A stretch of DNA of 64,000 nt from an uncultured Gemmatimonadales bacterium (GTDB lineage: Bacteria > Gemmatimonadota > Gemmatimonadetes > Gemmatimonadales > GWC2-71-9): assembly GCA_963728915.1 (NCBI GenBank), contig CAVSLV010000004.1, forward strand, positions 480,001 to 544,000. The letters run 5' to 3'. The position numbers were made by a program, and so were the translations under genes. Under the pieces are notes generated by a model, which made no database searches, was not told the DNA's origin, and was given only the letters and a program-made list of their open reading frames with translations. Positions 38,461-48,676 of this stretch are shown one piece after another (the stretch's first letter is position 1; each line of letters begins with the position of its first letter).

Positions 38461-40695
38461 CTACTTCAATCCGATGCGTTGTTTCAGGTTGTCGTACCGG
38501 GGGTCGGCGTACAGGGGCTCGTACCCCGGGTCGAGATGCAGATAGATCAGGCCGGCCGAGCGGGCCTGGAACGCCTTCTCGAGGCACTCGAACGCCTTGT
38601 CGCGGTTGCCCACCGCGGCGTACCCCATCGCCAGGACCTCCGAGCGGACATAGTGGTGCCTGGATTCCTCTTCCAGCCGTGCCATGATCGCCTCGGCCTC
38701 CTCTATACGGCCCAGGGGCGCGAGGGCCCGAACGATGAAGGCGTCGTAGGAGCGAACACTGCCCTCGAGGCTCTGCGACCGGCGGAACCAGTCCAGCGCC
38801 TCCTCCACCTTGCCCTGGGCGAGATAGGCCGAGCCGATGTCCAGGTAGGCATGGAAGTAATCGGTATGCAGCTCGATAGTCTTGTGACCCTGGATGATGG
38901 CGGCGGCGTAGTCCTTGGCGTAGAGGAGAAACCGGCCCAGCCAGCGACTATGGTGTGGGTGCAGCGGATCGAGGGTGATCGCCTTGCGCATCTCGCTGAT
39001 GGCTTCGCCGAGCGATCCCACCGCCGGCAGCACGCTGCCGAACGTCCAGTGGGCTTCGGTGTAGTTGGGGTTCAGTCCGACGGCCCGGCGGAGCTGCTGC
39101 TCCGCGCCGGCGAAATCCCACTCGTACCAGCAGAGCACCTTGCCCAGCGACGTCATCGCCTCGACCAGCGCGGGCTCGAGCCGAAGCGCGGTGCTCGCCG
39201 CGGTCTTGGCCTTCGAATAGGCCTCGTCGGGCGCGACCCAGTCGTCCGCCAGCTCACACCAGCAGTCGGCGATCCCCGAGTAGGCCCGGGCATAGCCCGG
39301 TTCCTGGAGCAGCACGTTCTGGAACAATTCGAGGCTCTTCCGGAGCCCGGCCTCGGTGAAGCGGAAGAAGAAGAACCGCCCCTTCAGGTAGAGGTTGTAC
39401 GCCTCGAGGTTCTTGGTGGGCGCGACGAGGTGCTCGCTGGTCCCGCCCAGCCGGAGCTTCAACGCCTCGGCGATCGCGCGGCTGATTTCGTCCTGAATCG
39501 CGAAGACGTCCTCGAGCTGACGGTCGTAGGTCTCGGACCAGAGATTGAGGCCGTTGTCGACGTTCACCAGCTGGGCGGTGATCCGGATCCGGTTGCCGAT
39601 CTTCCGCACGCTGCCCGTCAGCACCGAGCCCACTCCCAGCTTTTCGCCGACCTGGCTGATTTCCACTTCCTTCCCCTTGAAGGCGAAGCAGGAAGTCCGC
39701 GACGCCACCTGAAGGCCCGGGACCTTGGACAACGCGCCGATGATCTCTTCGGTCATCCCGTCGCTGAAGTATTCGTTCTCGGGATCGGCGCTCATGTTGG
39801 TGAGCGGGAGCACCGCCACCGACTGTTGCGGCCGGGCGCTCTTCTGGTCGGGCGGGGTCCGATAGGAGGATTCGCCCGGTCGCAGCGCCTCGGCAAACTG
39901 GGATGCGGTCGTGAAGCGGTCCACCGTCGCCTTGGCGAGGGAGCGAGTCACCGCCTCGTCGATGCCCTCCGGCACATCCCGCATCGCCTTGACGTGGGGG
40001 ACTGGCGAGATGAAGCGCTTGGTCAGGATCGCCTGCGCGGTCGGACCGGTGAACGGCAGCTCACCGGTCAGCATCTCGTAGAGCACACATCCCAGGCTGT
40101 AGATGTCGCTCCGGCCGTCGACATCGGACTCTCCCGTGGCCTGCTCCGGGCTCATGTAGGCGGGCGTCCCGACCGCCAGCCCGGTCTGGGTCTTGGGTCC
40201 GCCCTCGCTCAGCGCTTTGCCGATGCCGAAATCGGCCACCAGCGCGTTGCCTTCCTGGAACAGGATGTTTTCGGGTTTGATGTCGCGATGGATGACCCGC
40301 TGCCGGTGGGCATAGTCGAGCGCCGAAGCAACCTCGCGGGCCACCCGGAGCGCCTCATCCAGCGGGAGCTGCTTCTCCCGCTCCAGCCGTTCCCGGAGCG
40401 AGCGGCCCTCCATATTCGGCATGACGTAGTAGAGGAAATCGTCGGCGGTGCCCGAGTCGTACACCGGGAGAATGTGGGGATGGGTGAGCCCGGCCGCGAT
40501 CCGGATCTCCCGGAGAAACCGGTCCGCGCCCACCTCGGCAGAGACCTCGGGTCGCAGCACCTTGATCGCCACCTTGCGCTCGTGACGGAGGTCTTCCGCC
40601 AGAAAGACCAGGGCCATCCCTCCCTGGCCCAGCTCGCGTTCGATCTGATACCGACCGGCCAGGCCGGCGGCGAGACGTTCTTCGATCGGCTTCAT
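38461..40695 (-). CDS. Ser/Thr protein kinase with TolB_N-like and TPR domains
   Basis: GQGGMA, VAIK, HRDIKPEN, DFG, YMSPE; SVAVLPL..YFSDGMTEE; TPRs; no obvious TM helix. Confidence 0.92.
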   Translation of the reverse strand: MKPIEERLAAGLAGRYQIERELGQGGMALVFLAEDLRHERKVAIKVLRPEVSAEVGADRFLREIRIAAGLTHPHILPVYDSGTADDFLYYVMPNMEGRSLRERLEREKQLPLDEALRVAREVASALDYAHRQRVIHRDIKPENILFQEGNALVADFGIGKALSEGGPKTQTGLAVGTPAYMSPEQATGESDVDGRSDIYSLGCVLYEMLTGELPFTGPTAQAILTKRFISPVPHVKAMRDVPEGIDEAVTRSLAKATVDRFTTASQFAEALRPGESSYRTPPDQKSARPQQSVAVLPLTNMSADPENEYFSDGMTEEIIGALSKVPGLQVASRTSCFAFKGKEVEISQVGEKLGVGSVLTGSVRKIGNRIRITAQLVNVDNGLNLWSETYDRQLEDVFAIQDEISRAIAEALKLRLGGTSEHLVAPTKNLEAYNLYLKGRFFFFRFTEAGLRKSLELFQNVLLQEPGYARAYSGIADCWCELADDWVAPDEAYSKAKTAASTALRLEPALVEAMTSLGKVLCWYEWDFAGAEQQLRRAVGLNPNYTEAHWTFGSVLPAVGSLGEAISEMRKAITLDPLHPHHSRWLGRFLLYAKDYAAAIIQGHKTIELHTDYFHAYLDIGSAYLAQGKVEEALDWFRRSQSLEGSVRSYDAFIVRALAPLGRIEEAEAIMARLEEESRHHYVRSEVLAMGYAAVGNRDKAFECLEKAFQARSAGLIYLHLDPGYEPLYADPRYDNLKQRIGLK

Positions 40696-40773
40696 TGACG
40701 TGCAGAAGATACTCCGCTCTTTGACCGACCGCTCGGCATTGCCCCGGTGTCCCGCTCTCCCCAACTTCCCGGC

Positions 40774-42387
40774 ATGTGGATTCCTTCAGCCATTCTGATG
40801 CTGCTGGTGACCGCGCTGCTCCCCTCGGTCGAACAGAGCGCCCTTGGGAACCAGCCACCGGCCCGGATCGTCGCGAGCTTCGACGGTCTCGGATTTGGAT
40901 TCGCGGGTCCTCAGGGGACCGCGTCCTTCAGAAATCCCTCCGACAATACCCTCGCCGTGGGCCGGAAGCACGTGTTCCAGATCGTCAATACCCGAATGGC
41001 CATCTTTACCAAAACCGGGACGCCCCTCTACGGTCCGGTTTCCACCAACACCTTGTTCAAGGGGTTCGGCGGCGCGTGCGAGACCTGGAACAACGGCGAC
41101 GCCGTGGTCCGCTACGATCAGCTCGCGGATCGCTGGCTGGTGGTGATGCCGGTGTTCCGGCGCGGCGATCCACGCCCCGACGCTCCCCGCCCGGGCAAGG
41201 CGGGAGATCCTCCCGCGCTGAGCACGCCGGGGCGCGCCGATCAGCCGGGGCCCGCGACACCGCTCTTCATTCCCGATTCGGCGGACCTGGCGAAGTCGGC
41301 GCCACCTCCCCGCACCAACCCCCCGCCCGCTGGTCCCTACTCGATGTGCTACGCGATCAGCCGGACCAGCGACCCGCTGGGATCCTGGTATCGCTACGAG
41401 TTCCTCCGGCCGCTCTTCCCCGACTATCCGCGCCCTGCCATCTGGCCCGATGGCTATTACGTGCCCACCAGCACCAGCGACGATCGGATCTCCGAGACCG
41501 TGGCGACCCAGAAGCACGCCTGCGTGGCCGAACGGAGCCGGATGCTCGAGGGCAAACCGGCGCGCGAGATCTGCCTGATCGTCGAGAACGTGAACTTCCT
41601 GAACAACGCCGACCTGGACGGGAAGTCGCTTCCCCCGAAAGGCGCGCCGAACCCGATGATGGCGGCCGGCGGGCGCCAGCTCGACAGCCTGCTTGCCGAC
41701 AGCGTGATCAACGTCTGGCAGTTCCACGTCGACTGGACCGATCCGGCCAGGACCTCGATCACCGGCCCAGCCGTCATCCCGGTCGCTCCCTACCATTACT
41801 TGTGTGGAGGCCAGCTCACCAGGTGCGTCCCCCAGCCCGGCACCGAGCAGCGCCTCGACGCCCAGGGCGACAAACTGATGGCTCGGCTGATCTACCGGCG
41901 CATTGGACACCTGGAATCCATCCTCGCCACCCACTCGATCAACACCTCGAGCGGCGGAGGCGGGGTTCGCTGGTACGAATTCCGGATCGACCAGCACCGG
42001 CAGGTCTCGCTGTATCAGCAGGGAACTTTTCTTTCAGATGGTGCCTTCCGCTGGATGGCGAGCGGGGCCATCGACCGGTTCGGGAATATCGGCCTCGGGT
42101 ATTCGTTCGGCGGGACCACCCGGTTTCCAGGGCAGCGGTTCTCGGGACGACGCCCCGGCGATCCTCCAGGACAGCTCACCCTCGCCGAAGCCGTTCTCGC
42201 CGAGGGTGAGGCGGCGCAGGTGGGCACCGCGCCCGAGTGGCGCAACCTGCGCTGGCAGGACTACACCCAGACGGCGATGGACCCGAGCGACGACTGCACC
42301 ATCTGGTATGTCGGAGACTATCTCAGGAACGGAGCGACCGCCTACGCGAGCAGGATCGGAGCGTTCCGATTGCCGGGGTGCCGCTGA
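40774..42387 (+). CDS. Secreted hypothetical protein (Cys-containing, beta-rich)
   Basis: Long ORF with N-terminal hydrophobic signal; PSDNTLAVG, YDQLADRW, PDYP, GVRWYE, RWQDY. Confidence 0.75.
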   Translation: MWIPSAILMLLVTALLPSVEQSALGNQPPARIVASFDGLGFGFAGPQGTASFRNPSDNTLAVGRKHVFQIVNTRMAIFTKTGTPLYGPVSTNTLFKGFGGACETWNNGDAVVRYDQLADRWLVVMPVFRRGDPRPDAPRPGKAGDPPALSTPGRADQPGPATPLFIPDSADLAKSAPPPRTNPPPAGPYSMCYAISRTSDPLGSWYRYEFLRPLFPDYPRPAIWPDGYYVPTSTSDDRISETVATQKHACVAERSRMLEGKPAREICLIVENVNFLNNADLDGKSLPPKGAPNPMMAAGGRQLDSLLADSVINVWQFHVDWTDPARTSITGPAVIPVAPYHYLCGGQLTRCVPQPGTEQRLDAQGDKLMARLIYRRIGHLESILATHSINTSSGGGGVRWYEFRIDQHRQVSLYQQGTFLSDGAFRWMASGAIDRFGNIGLGYSFGGTTRFPGQRFSGRRPGDPPGQLTLAEAVLAEGEAAQVGTAPEWRNLRWQDYTQTAMDPSDDCTIWYVGDYLRNGATAYASRIGAFRLPGCR

Positions 42388-42435
42388 CGTCACCTGTCGA
42401 GGTATGTTGACCTCATACGCGGAGGAAAGGCGCTG

Positions 42436-43506
42436 GTGGGGTTCCTGGACCTGATGTTTCTCGAGAATAGGGTGCGCACCTGGGTGATCGCCGGCGCGGT
42501 CGCGCTCGGGATCTACCTCGCCCTGACGGTGGTCCTCGCGGTCGTCCGGAACCGGCTCAGCAAGCTCGCGGCCCACACCAAGACTCAGTGGGACGACATC
42601 GTCGTCGGCGCGCTCGGCAGAACCAGGTCCCTCTTCCTGTTGATCCTCGCAATCGCGGCGGGCTCCTCGTTCCTCGATCTGCCGAGCCGGGTCCGGGCCG
42701 CGATCGAAGCGATCACCGTGCTCGCCCTGGTGTTCCAGGGAGGGATCTGGGTCTCCGCCGCCTTCACCACCTGGCTTTCCGCCTACACCAGGCGGGAGAT
42801 GGAGAACGACCGGCGCGCCGCGACCACCCTGAGCGCGCTGGGCTTCGTGGTCAAGCTGGTCCTCTGGGCCATCATCGTGCTGCTGGCGCTCGACAACCTG
42901 GGCGTCAACATCTCGGCGCTGGTCGCGGGCCTCGGGATCGGCGGGGTGGCGGTTGCGCTCGCGACCCAGAACATCCTGGGCGACCTGTTCGCTTCGCTCT
43001 CGATCCTGGTGGACAAGCCGTTCGTCCTCGGCGATTTCATCATCGTGGACGACAAGCTCGGCTCGGTGGAGAAGATTGGTCTCAAGACCACGCGGGTGCG
43101 GAGCCTCTGGGGCGAGCAGGTCGTGTTCTCGAACAACGACCTGCTCAAGAGCCGGCTCCGCAACATGGGACGGATGCTCGAGCGACGGGTGCAATTCAGC
43201 CTGGGAGTGGTCTATCAGACGCCCCGGGCCAAGCTGCAGCGGATTCCGGCGATTCTTCGTGAAGCCATCGAGGCCCAGGAGAAAATCCGGTTCGATCGGG
43301 CCCATCTCAAGGAATACGGCGACTTCGCGATCGTCTTCGAGGTGGTGTTCTTCGTACTGTCACCCGACTACAACAAATATATGGATATCCAGCAGGCCAT
43401 CTACCTGAAGATCCATGAGACCTTCGAGACCGAGGGAATCGAGTTCGCCTATCCTACTCAGACCCTTTTTCTCTCCCGGATCCGGGAAACCGGCGAAGCC
43501 CCTTGA
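42436..43506 (+). CDS. MscS-family mechanosensitive channel
   Basis: AGLGIGGVAVALATQ, DKPFVLGD, IGLKTTR, IEFAYP. Confidence 0.92.
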   Translation: MGFLDLMFLENRVRTWVIAGAVALGIYLALTVVLAVVRNRLSKLAAHTKTQWDDIVVGALGRTRSLFLLILAIAAGSSFLDLPSRVRAAIEAITVLALVFQGGIWVSAAFTTWLSAYTRREMENDRRAATTLSALGFVVKLVLWAIIVLLALDNLGVNISALVAGLGIGGVAVALATQNILGDLFASLSILVDKPFVLGDFIIVDDKLGSVEKIGLKTTRVRSLWGEQVVFSNNDLLKSRLRNMGRMLERRVQFSLGVVYQTPRAKLQRIPAILREAIEAQEKIRFDRAHLKEYGDFAIVFEVVFFVLSPDYNKYMDIQQAIYLKIHETFETEGIEFAYPTQTLFLSRIRETGEAP

Positions 43507-44965
43507 ACTTGTAGACCCGCTCGGCCAGGCTGCCTTTCCGGATCTTGACACCGGTGCGGCTGGCTTCTTCGATCGTGACGTCGAGTGCGACCTCGAGCCC
43601 CGCCGACTTGGAAAGGCCGAGTTTCTGGCTGGCGTACACGCTTCGGTGTCCCACCATGAGGAATGCGGTGACCGCGGCGAGCGCCGCATAGACCCCTTCG
43701 CCACGCGGGAGCACTTCGATCGCCATGACCGCGGCCGCGATCGGAGTATTGGCGGCGGCCGCCAGCACCGCCACGAAGCCGTAGGCGGCAAAGAGCGCGG
43801 GAGAGAGCCCGAACAACTGTCCCATCGCCGCCCCGCTGGTCGCACCCACGAAGAAGATCGGGGTGACGACCCCGCCGCTGCCTCCAGTCTCCAGGGTGAT
43901 CGAGGTCGCCAGGATCTTGAAGAAGAAAGCCGCCCACACCACAGCGAGGCTGCCCGTGAGCACGCCGGTGAGGGTCTCGACCCCCAGCCCGGCGTACATG
44001 TCACCCGCCAGCCGGTAGAGCACCACCAGCGCGACGCCGCCCCCGGCGGCCAGCAGATAGGGGCGCCGCTCGAATCGCCGGAGCGCGTGCTCGAGCCCGC
44101 GCATCGTTTCGATCAGCAGCAACGCCACCAGGCCGAAGATCGCACCAGCCACCAGCGAGATCACCACGGTGGACGTCGCGCCCAGGCGGAGAATGGTCTG
44201 GTCCACCCCGGGAAACGGCGCCTGGACCCCGCACACCAGGTGTCCCACGATTCCGGCGACCATCGCCGGGAAGATCACGGAGTAATCGAGCTTGCCCAGA
44301 TAGAGCACCTCGATCCCGAAGAGAGCCCCCGAGATCGGGGTGCCGAACACCGCGGCGAATCCCGCGCTGATCCCGCAGATCACCAGCCGCCGGCGGTCGT
44401 CGTCGCTCAGCCGCATGATGTCGGCGAACAGACTGGTGAGGGCCGCGCCGATCTGGGCCGCGGGACCCTCCTTTCCCACCGAACCTCCGAACGCCAGCGT
44501 CACCACGGTGGCGCCGAGTTTGACCGGGGCCACCATCCAGTCCATCCGGCCGGAGCGGGTGTGCACCGCCGTAATGACCGCTTCCGTGCCGTGGCCCCGG
44601 GCGTCCGGTGCGAACGACCGGATCAGCCAGACGCAGAGGGGCAGGGCGATGGGGAGAAAGATGAAGGCCGGCGCGAGGCCGTCGAGCATGGAGTTCACCC
44701 AGTGACTCGAGGCCGTCAGTGTCCAGAGGAACCCGCGGGTTCCCGCGCCGACGCAGACTCCCGAAACAGCTCCCAGCAACGACCACTTGATCGTACTGAT
44801 GAGCAGGGCGGTGTGCTCGGTGTACCATCGCCTCTCGTCGGCCAGCCGGGGAGGACGCGCCAGCGCCTCCTCCCAGCGGAGGGTCTGAATCAGCCGTCGG
44901 ACTTTGGAGAGGAAGTGTGCGGTTCGGCTCCGCGGCGGTTCAGGTGGAGCGGGTTCAGCGGTCAC
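43454..44965 (-). CDS. ClC-family chloride channel/transporter
   Basis: GHGTE, GKEGP (gating Glu), GGVVTP, NTPI. Confidence 0.9.
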   Translation of the reverse strand: MTAEPAPPEPPRSRTAHFLSKVRRLIQTLRWEEALARPPRLADERRWYTEHTALLISTIKWSLLGAVSGVCVGAGTRGFLWTLTASSHWVNSMLDGLAPAFIFLPIALPLCVWLIRSFAPDARGHGTEAVITAVHTRSGRMDWMVAPVKLGATVVTLAFGGSVGKEGPAAQIGAALTSLFADIMRLSDDDRRRLVICGISAGFAAVFGTPISGALFGIEVLYLGKLDYSVIFPAMVAGIVGHLVCGVQAPFPGVDQTILRLGATSTVVISLVAGAIFGLVALLLIETMRGLEHALRRFERRPYLLAAGGGVALVVLYRLAGDMYAGLGVETLTGVLTGSLAVVWAAFFFKILATSITLETGGSGGVVTPIFFVGATSGAAMGQLFGLSPALFAAYGFVAVLAAAANTPIAAAVMAIEVLPRGEGVYAALAAVTAFLMVGHRSVYASQKLGLSKSAGLEVALDVTIEEASRTGVKIRKGSLAERVYKFKGLRRFPGSGREKGSE

Positions 44966-45009
44966 TTCCCAATGTACCTAGTTTGCCTTCGAGATTCGAC
45001 CATGCTCCA

Positions 45010-45519
45010 CTAGCGTGGTGAATCCGACAATCGGCTGGCATCGCCATCGAATTCCTTGCGCGTGGCCGATTGTTCCTGCCCCACCCGTCCCGCCACGATC
45101 TCGGCGCGGGCGTAGCTCTCCGGCCGGACCGCCGCGCCGGCGGCGCTCCTGAGCATGGAAAGCTGCCCGATATGGGTCAGAGCGTCCGCGATCGGCCCCT
45201 GGAACAGGATCTCCGCCGGATACCCGAGCGGAGCAGGATCGGCGAGCCGCCGATCGAGCCGGGCCAGACGGTCGAAGAAACGCTCCACCTCCCGGTTCCA
45301 TTCGGCGCTGCCTTCCGCGGCCCAGCGGTAGTCCCCGTCGGCCATGTGACACGCCCAGGTCATGAGATCGCCGAGGTGAGAGACGATCTGCACCGGCGTC
45401 CGTCGTCCCGCCAGCGAGAAATCCGGGAAATCCGCCGGGGCCTCCCGCAAGACTTTTTCCGAGCGGTAGGCCAGGGTGGCCACCGTATGGCGCAGCAGTG
45501 CTCGAGTGGGATCGTTCAC
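45010..45519 (-). CDS. DinB-like hypothetical protein
   Basis: LRHTVATLAYR, SHLGDL, ADALTHIGQL His pattern; GTG start at 45519. Confidence 0.7.
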   Translation of the reverse strand: MNDPTRALLRHTVATLAYRSEKVLREAPADFPDFSLAGRRTPVQIVSHLGDLMTWACHMADGDYRWAAEGSAEWNREVERFFDRLARLDRRLADPAPLGYPAEILFQGPIADALTHIGQLSMLRSAAGAAVRPESYARAEIVAGRVGQEQSATRKEFDGDASRLSDSPR

Positions 45520-45620
45520 CAGGAGTTCTCCTGTCCCTGAGTTCGCTCGGCCCGGAAGTGCCGGGGCCGATACCAGATCGTGACGATCATGTGATGCTCG
45601 CCAACTACGTTGGGTCCACC

Positions 45621-46037
45621 ATGACACCCTCCAATAGCCGGCTCCTCCGCGGTATCCTCGGCATTCAGGGCAGCGACGCAGAGCATCGTCTGGCCACCTA
45701 CCTTCGCTTCGAGTCGGAAGAAGCGATTCGGATCCGGATGGCTCTCCTCAAGGGCGTCGAGGTGCCGATGTGCCCCCGCTGCGGCGAAACCTTGCGGGTC
45801 GAATCCGGGACCCTTCCCGGGACGCCCCTCATCGCGTTGCTCTGCCGGCGCTGCCATCGCGCCGCGATCCTTCGGCGGACCCCTTCGGCGAGCCCATCCG
45901 GGGGCCGCGCCGCATCACAGGATTCGAACCACCCAGAATCCGAAGAAGTTCCCCAGCGCGTTGCCCAGGGAGCCGATCAGCACGGCGGGCAGCACGAGGT
46001 CCTCGCGGGAGAGACTCCGTGCCAGTGCGAGAGCTGA
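45621..46037 (+). CDS. Possible small zinc-ribbon protein
   Basis: CPRC...CRRC; fills an otherwise empty gap but overlaps the convergent gene by about 120 nt. Confidence 0.4.
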   Translation: MTPSNSRLLRGILGIQGSDAEHRLATYLRFESEEAIRIRMALLKGVEVPMCPRCGETLRVESGTLPGTPLIALLCRRCHRAAILRRTPSASPSGGRAASQDSNHPESEEVPQRVAQGADQHGGQHEVLAGETPCQCES

Positions 46038-47060
46038 CGTCGCCCCGCCCACGTTCGCCTGCGAGGCCACGGCGGCCATGTCCACGTCGACCCGCATGAG
46101 CTTCGCCGCCGCGAACGTGATGACCCCGTGGACCAGAACCGCGATTCCCGCGAACCCCAGCAGCAGCAGGCCGAGGCGACCGAGACCCGCCATCGCGCCG
46201 AGGTCGCAGTAGGCCCCGATCACGTTCAGAAAGAGATACACCGCGAACATGCCGAGCACCCGGACTCCGCGGAGCCGGGTCACGCTCGGGAGCTGGGCCA
46301 GGGCGAGGGCCACGATGGTGAGGACCAGCATGAAGGGAATCGCGACGCCGTGTACGGCGAGCCGGTCCGCGAGCCAGCGGGACCCCGCCACCGCACCCAG
46401 CCCGATCGCCAGAACGACGCCGAGATCCACCGGATGCAGCGTCTCGGTGTCCTCGGCGATCCCGCTGATCACTGCACCCCGGGTTAGGGGAGCGCTCCCG
46501 GCCTTCCGGTAGAACCGGCCCAGCAACCGCGGCAGCGCCAGGGTGGCCACGATCCAGATCGTGGTGATGATGTTGTCCACCACTACGCTCCCGGCATAGA
46601 GGACCCCGTCCCGCACGATGCCGTACTGGAGGGCGACCGCGTTGAAGTTGACGCTGCCGCCGATGTAGGTGCCGGTGAACATCCCCCCCAGCGCCGCGTA
46701 CTGCGGCCCGAACGCCCGGGCGCCGCCCACGACCGCCATGCCGGCCAGCACCCCGGCCATGGTCCCGAAGGAGCCGATGATGAACAGCAGCACCAGGGGG
46801 ACGCCGGCCCGGAGCACCTGCCGCAGATTCACCGTCAGAATGAGCCAGAAGATCGCGAGCGGCGCGACCTGATCGAAGATCGCGTCGTAGACCGGGACCG
46901 GGCGGGCCGCGGTGGAGCCGGCCGGAATGATCCCGAGGTTCGCGACGATCGCGGTGAGGATGATGCCGAGGAGGGCGGTGCCGGCGTGCCGGAACCCGGG
47001 CCGCCGGGCCAGCCACTCGGCGACCACCACGATGAGGCACAGGACGGCGAGGACGAACAC
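45915..47060 (-). CDS. DUF819-like integral membrane protein
   Basis: ANLGIIP, GTYIGGSVNF, SQANVGG, GNALG; about 10 TM helices. Confidence 0.8.
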   Translation of the reverse strand: MFVLAVLCLIVVVAEWLARRPGFRHAGTALLGIILTAIVANLGIIPAGSTAARPVPVYDAIFDQVAPLAIFWLILTVNLRQVLRAGVPLVLLFIIGSFGTMAGVLAGMAVVGGARAFGPQYAALGGMFTGTYIGGSVNFNAVALQYGIVRDGVLYAGSVVVDNIITTIWIVATLALPRLLGRFYRKAGSAPLTRGAVISGIAEDTETLHPVDLGVVLAIGLGAVAGSRWLADRLAVHGVAIPFMLVLTIVALALAQLPSVTRLRGVRVLGMFAVYLFLNVIGAYCDLGAMAGLGRLGLLLLGFAGIAVLVHGVITFAAAKLMRVDVDMAAVASQANVGGATSALALARSLSREDLVLPAVLIGSLGNALGNFFGFWVVRIL

Positions 47061-47072
47061 GAAACGTTCCGG

Positions 47073-48572
47073 TTACCGCGGCGCCAGGTCGAGGGACTGC
47101 AGCACCAGCCGGCCCAGCTCCCGTTTCAGGGATTCCTTCACCGCCGCATGGGCCGGATCGCCCGCCAGGTTCCGCCGTTCCAGCGAGTCGGTGCGAAGGT
47201 CGTAGAGCTCGTCGTCTTCGGGGTGCTTGATCCAGTGGATGTACTTGTAGTCGGCGGTCCGGACCGCGCGATAGTCCATGTCCAGGAGGTGCGGGAACGG
47301 CTGCTCGTTGGTGTAGAACTCGACCAGCACCGACTTGCGCCAGTTGAACGGGGTTCCCCGGAACAGCGGGACGAGGGAGCGCCCCTGGATGTGGGGCCCC
47401 GGCGTGAGGCCGGCGAGCTCGAGCAAGGTCGGCGCGAGATCCACGGTGAGCGCCAAGCCGGCCGGACGGGAGCCCGCCGGGATCCGGGGCGGGTATCGCA
47501 TGAGCAGCGGGTTACGAATGGATTCCTCATAGGGCAGCCGTCGCTCGGTGGTCAGCCCGTGCTCGCCGAAGAAGAATCCGTTGTCGCTGCTCAGCACGAT
47601 GACCGTCTTGTCGAGGAGCTGGAGGGAGTCCAGGGTCGCCATGATCCGGCCCAGGCTCGCATCGACCGCCAGGATCATCTCGGCCCGGCGCCGGATGGTC
47701 TCCTCTCCGGTCCACGGGGTCAGGGCCGGTTCGTGTTCGGCCATCCCGGTCATCGGCGGCGGCGGGAGCTTCGCGAGCGCCTGCCGGATCGCCGGCTTCC
47801 CGACCAGGTCCCCGGCCACCTCGTCCGGTCGCTCCCGGCGAAGGAACACCTTGTCCCGGTACCGCCCTTCGTCCCGCGGGGCCGGGATGTACCCGCGATC
47901 GTTCTCCGTATCAATCGACCCATCGTCCCGCTGCACGACGTCGGGATGCACCGCCTTGTGGGCCAGATAGAGCAGGAAAGGATGCTGGTGCTCGCGACGA
48001 ATGAATCCGACGGCCCGGTCGGTCAGGAGGTCCGTGGTGTAGCCCGGCACCTTGTGCAGCGCGCCGTCCTCGAACAGCTCCGGGTCGGTGGCGTGGCCCT
48101 GGCCCGGCATCGCGGACCAGTAGTCCCAGCCGGGTCGTGGAGTGGGATCGTTTCCCATGTGCCACTTGCCGATGAACCCGGTGCGATACCCCGCCTGCTG
48201 GAGCGGAATATTGAAGGTCTCGAGGTGGTGACTCGCCAGATCCCGCGCCAGGTTGTCGATGATGCCGTGGCGGGAAGGGAACTGCCCGGTGAGCAGGGTC
48301 GCCCGGTTCGGGGAGCAGAGCGGCACGGCATGGAACGAATTCACGAAGAGCGCGCCCTCGGCCGCCAGCCGGTCCATGTTGGGCGTCTCGAGGTAGGGAT
48401 GGCCGCCGGCGTGGAACTCGTCGAACCGGAGGTCGTCGACCAGGACCACCACGAGATTGGGTCTTCCCCCCACCGAGGCCGCATCGGCGGGCGGTTGTGT
48501 CTTGCACCCGGCGAGGATGGCGACCAGGGGCGTCCAAACGGGAAGTAATCGTCGCCTGAAGGAATGGGTCAC
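47073..48572 (-). CDS. Sulfatase (Cys-type formylglycine), lipoprotein
   Basis: PNLVVVLVDD, CSPNRATLLTG, GKWH, SDNG; lipobox ILAGC. Confidence 0.93.
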   Translation of the reverse strand: MTHSFRRRLLPVWTPLVAILAGCKTQPPADAASVGGRPNLVVVLVDDLRFDEFHAGGHPYLETPNMDRLAAEGALFVNSFHAVPLCSPNRATLLTGQFPSRHGIIDNLARDLASHHLETFNIPLQQAGYRTGFIGKWHMGNDPTPRPGWDYWSAMPGQGHATDPELFEDGALHKVPGYTTDLLTDRAVGFIRREHQHPFLLYLAHKAVHPDVVQRDDGSIDTENDRGYIPAPRDEGRYRDKVFLRRERPDEVAGDLVGKPAIRQALAKLPPPPMTGMAEHEPALTPWTGEETIRRRAEMILAVDASLGRIMATLDSLQLLDKTVIVLSSDNGFFFGEHGLTTERRLPYEESIRNPLLMRYPPRIPAGSRPAGLALTVDLAPTLLELAGLTPGPHIQGRSLVPLFRGTPFNWRKSVLVEFYTNEQPFPHLLDMDYRAVRTADYKYIHWIKHPEDDELYDLRTDSLERRNLAGDPAHAAVKESLKRELGRLVLQSLDLAPR

Positions 48573-48676
48573 TGCCGGGTACCTGCGCCGGAAGGGGATG
48601 AGTCCAATAATACGGCGAAAACGTCCGAGGCCCTCCGGGGCTGACCCTTGTCATTGCTGTGATATGGTAATATGGT

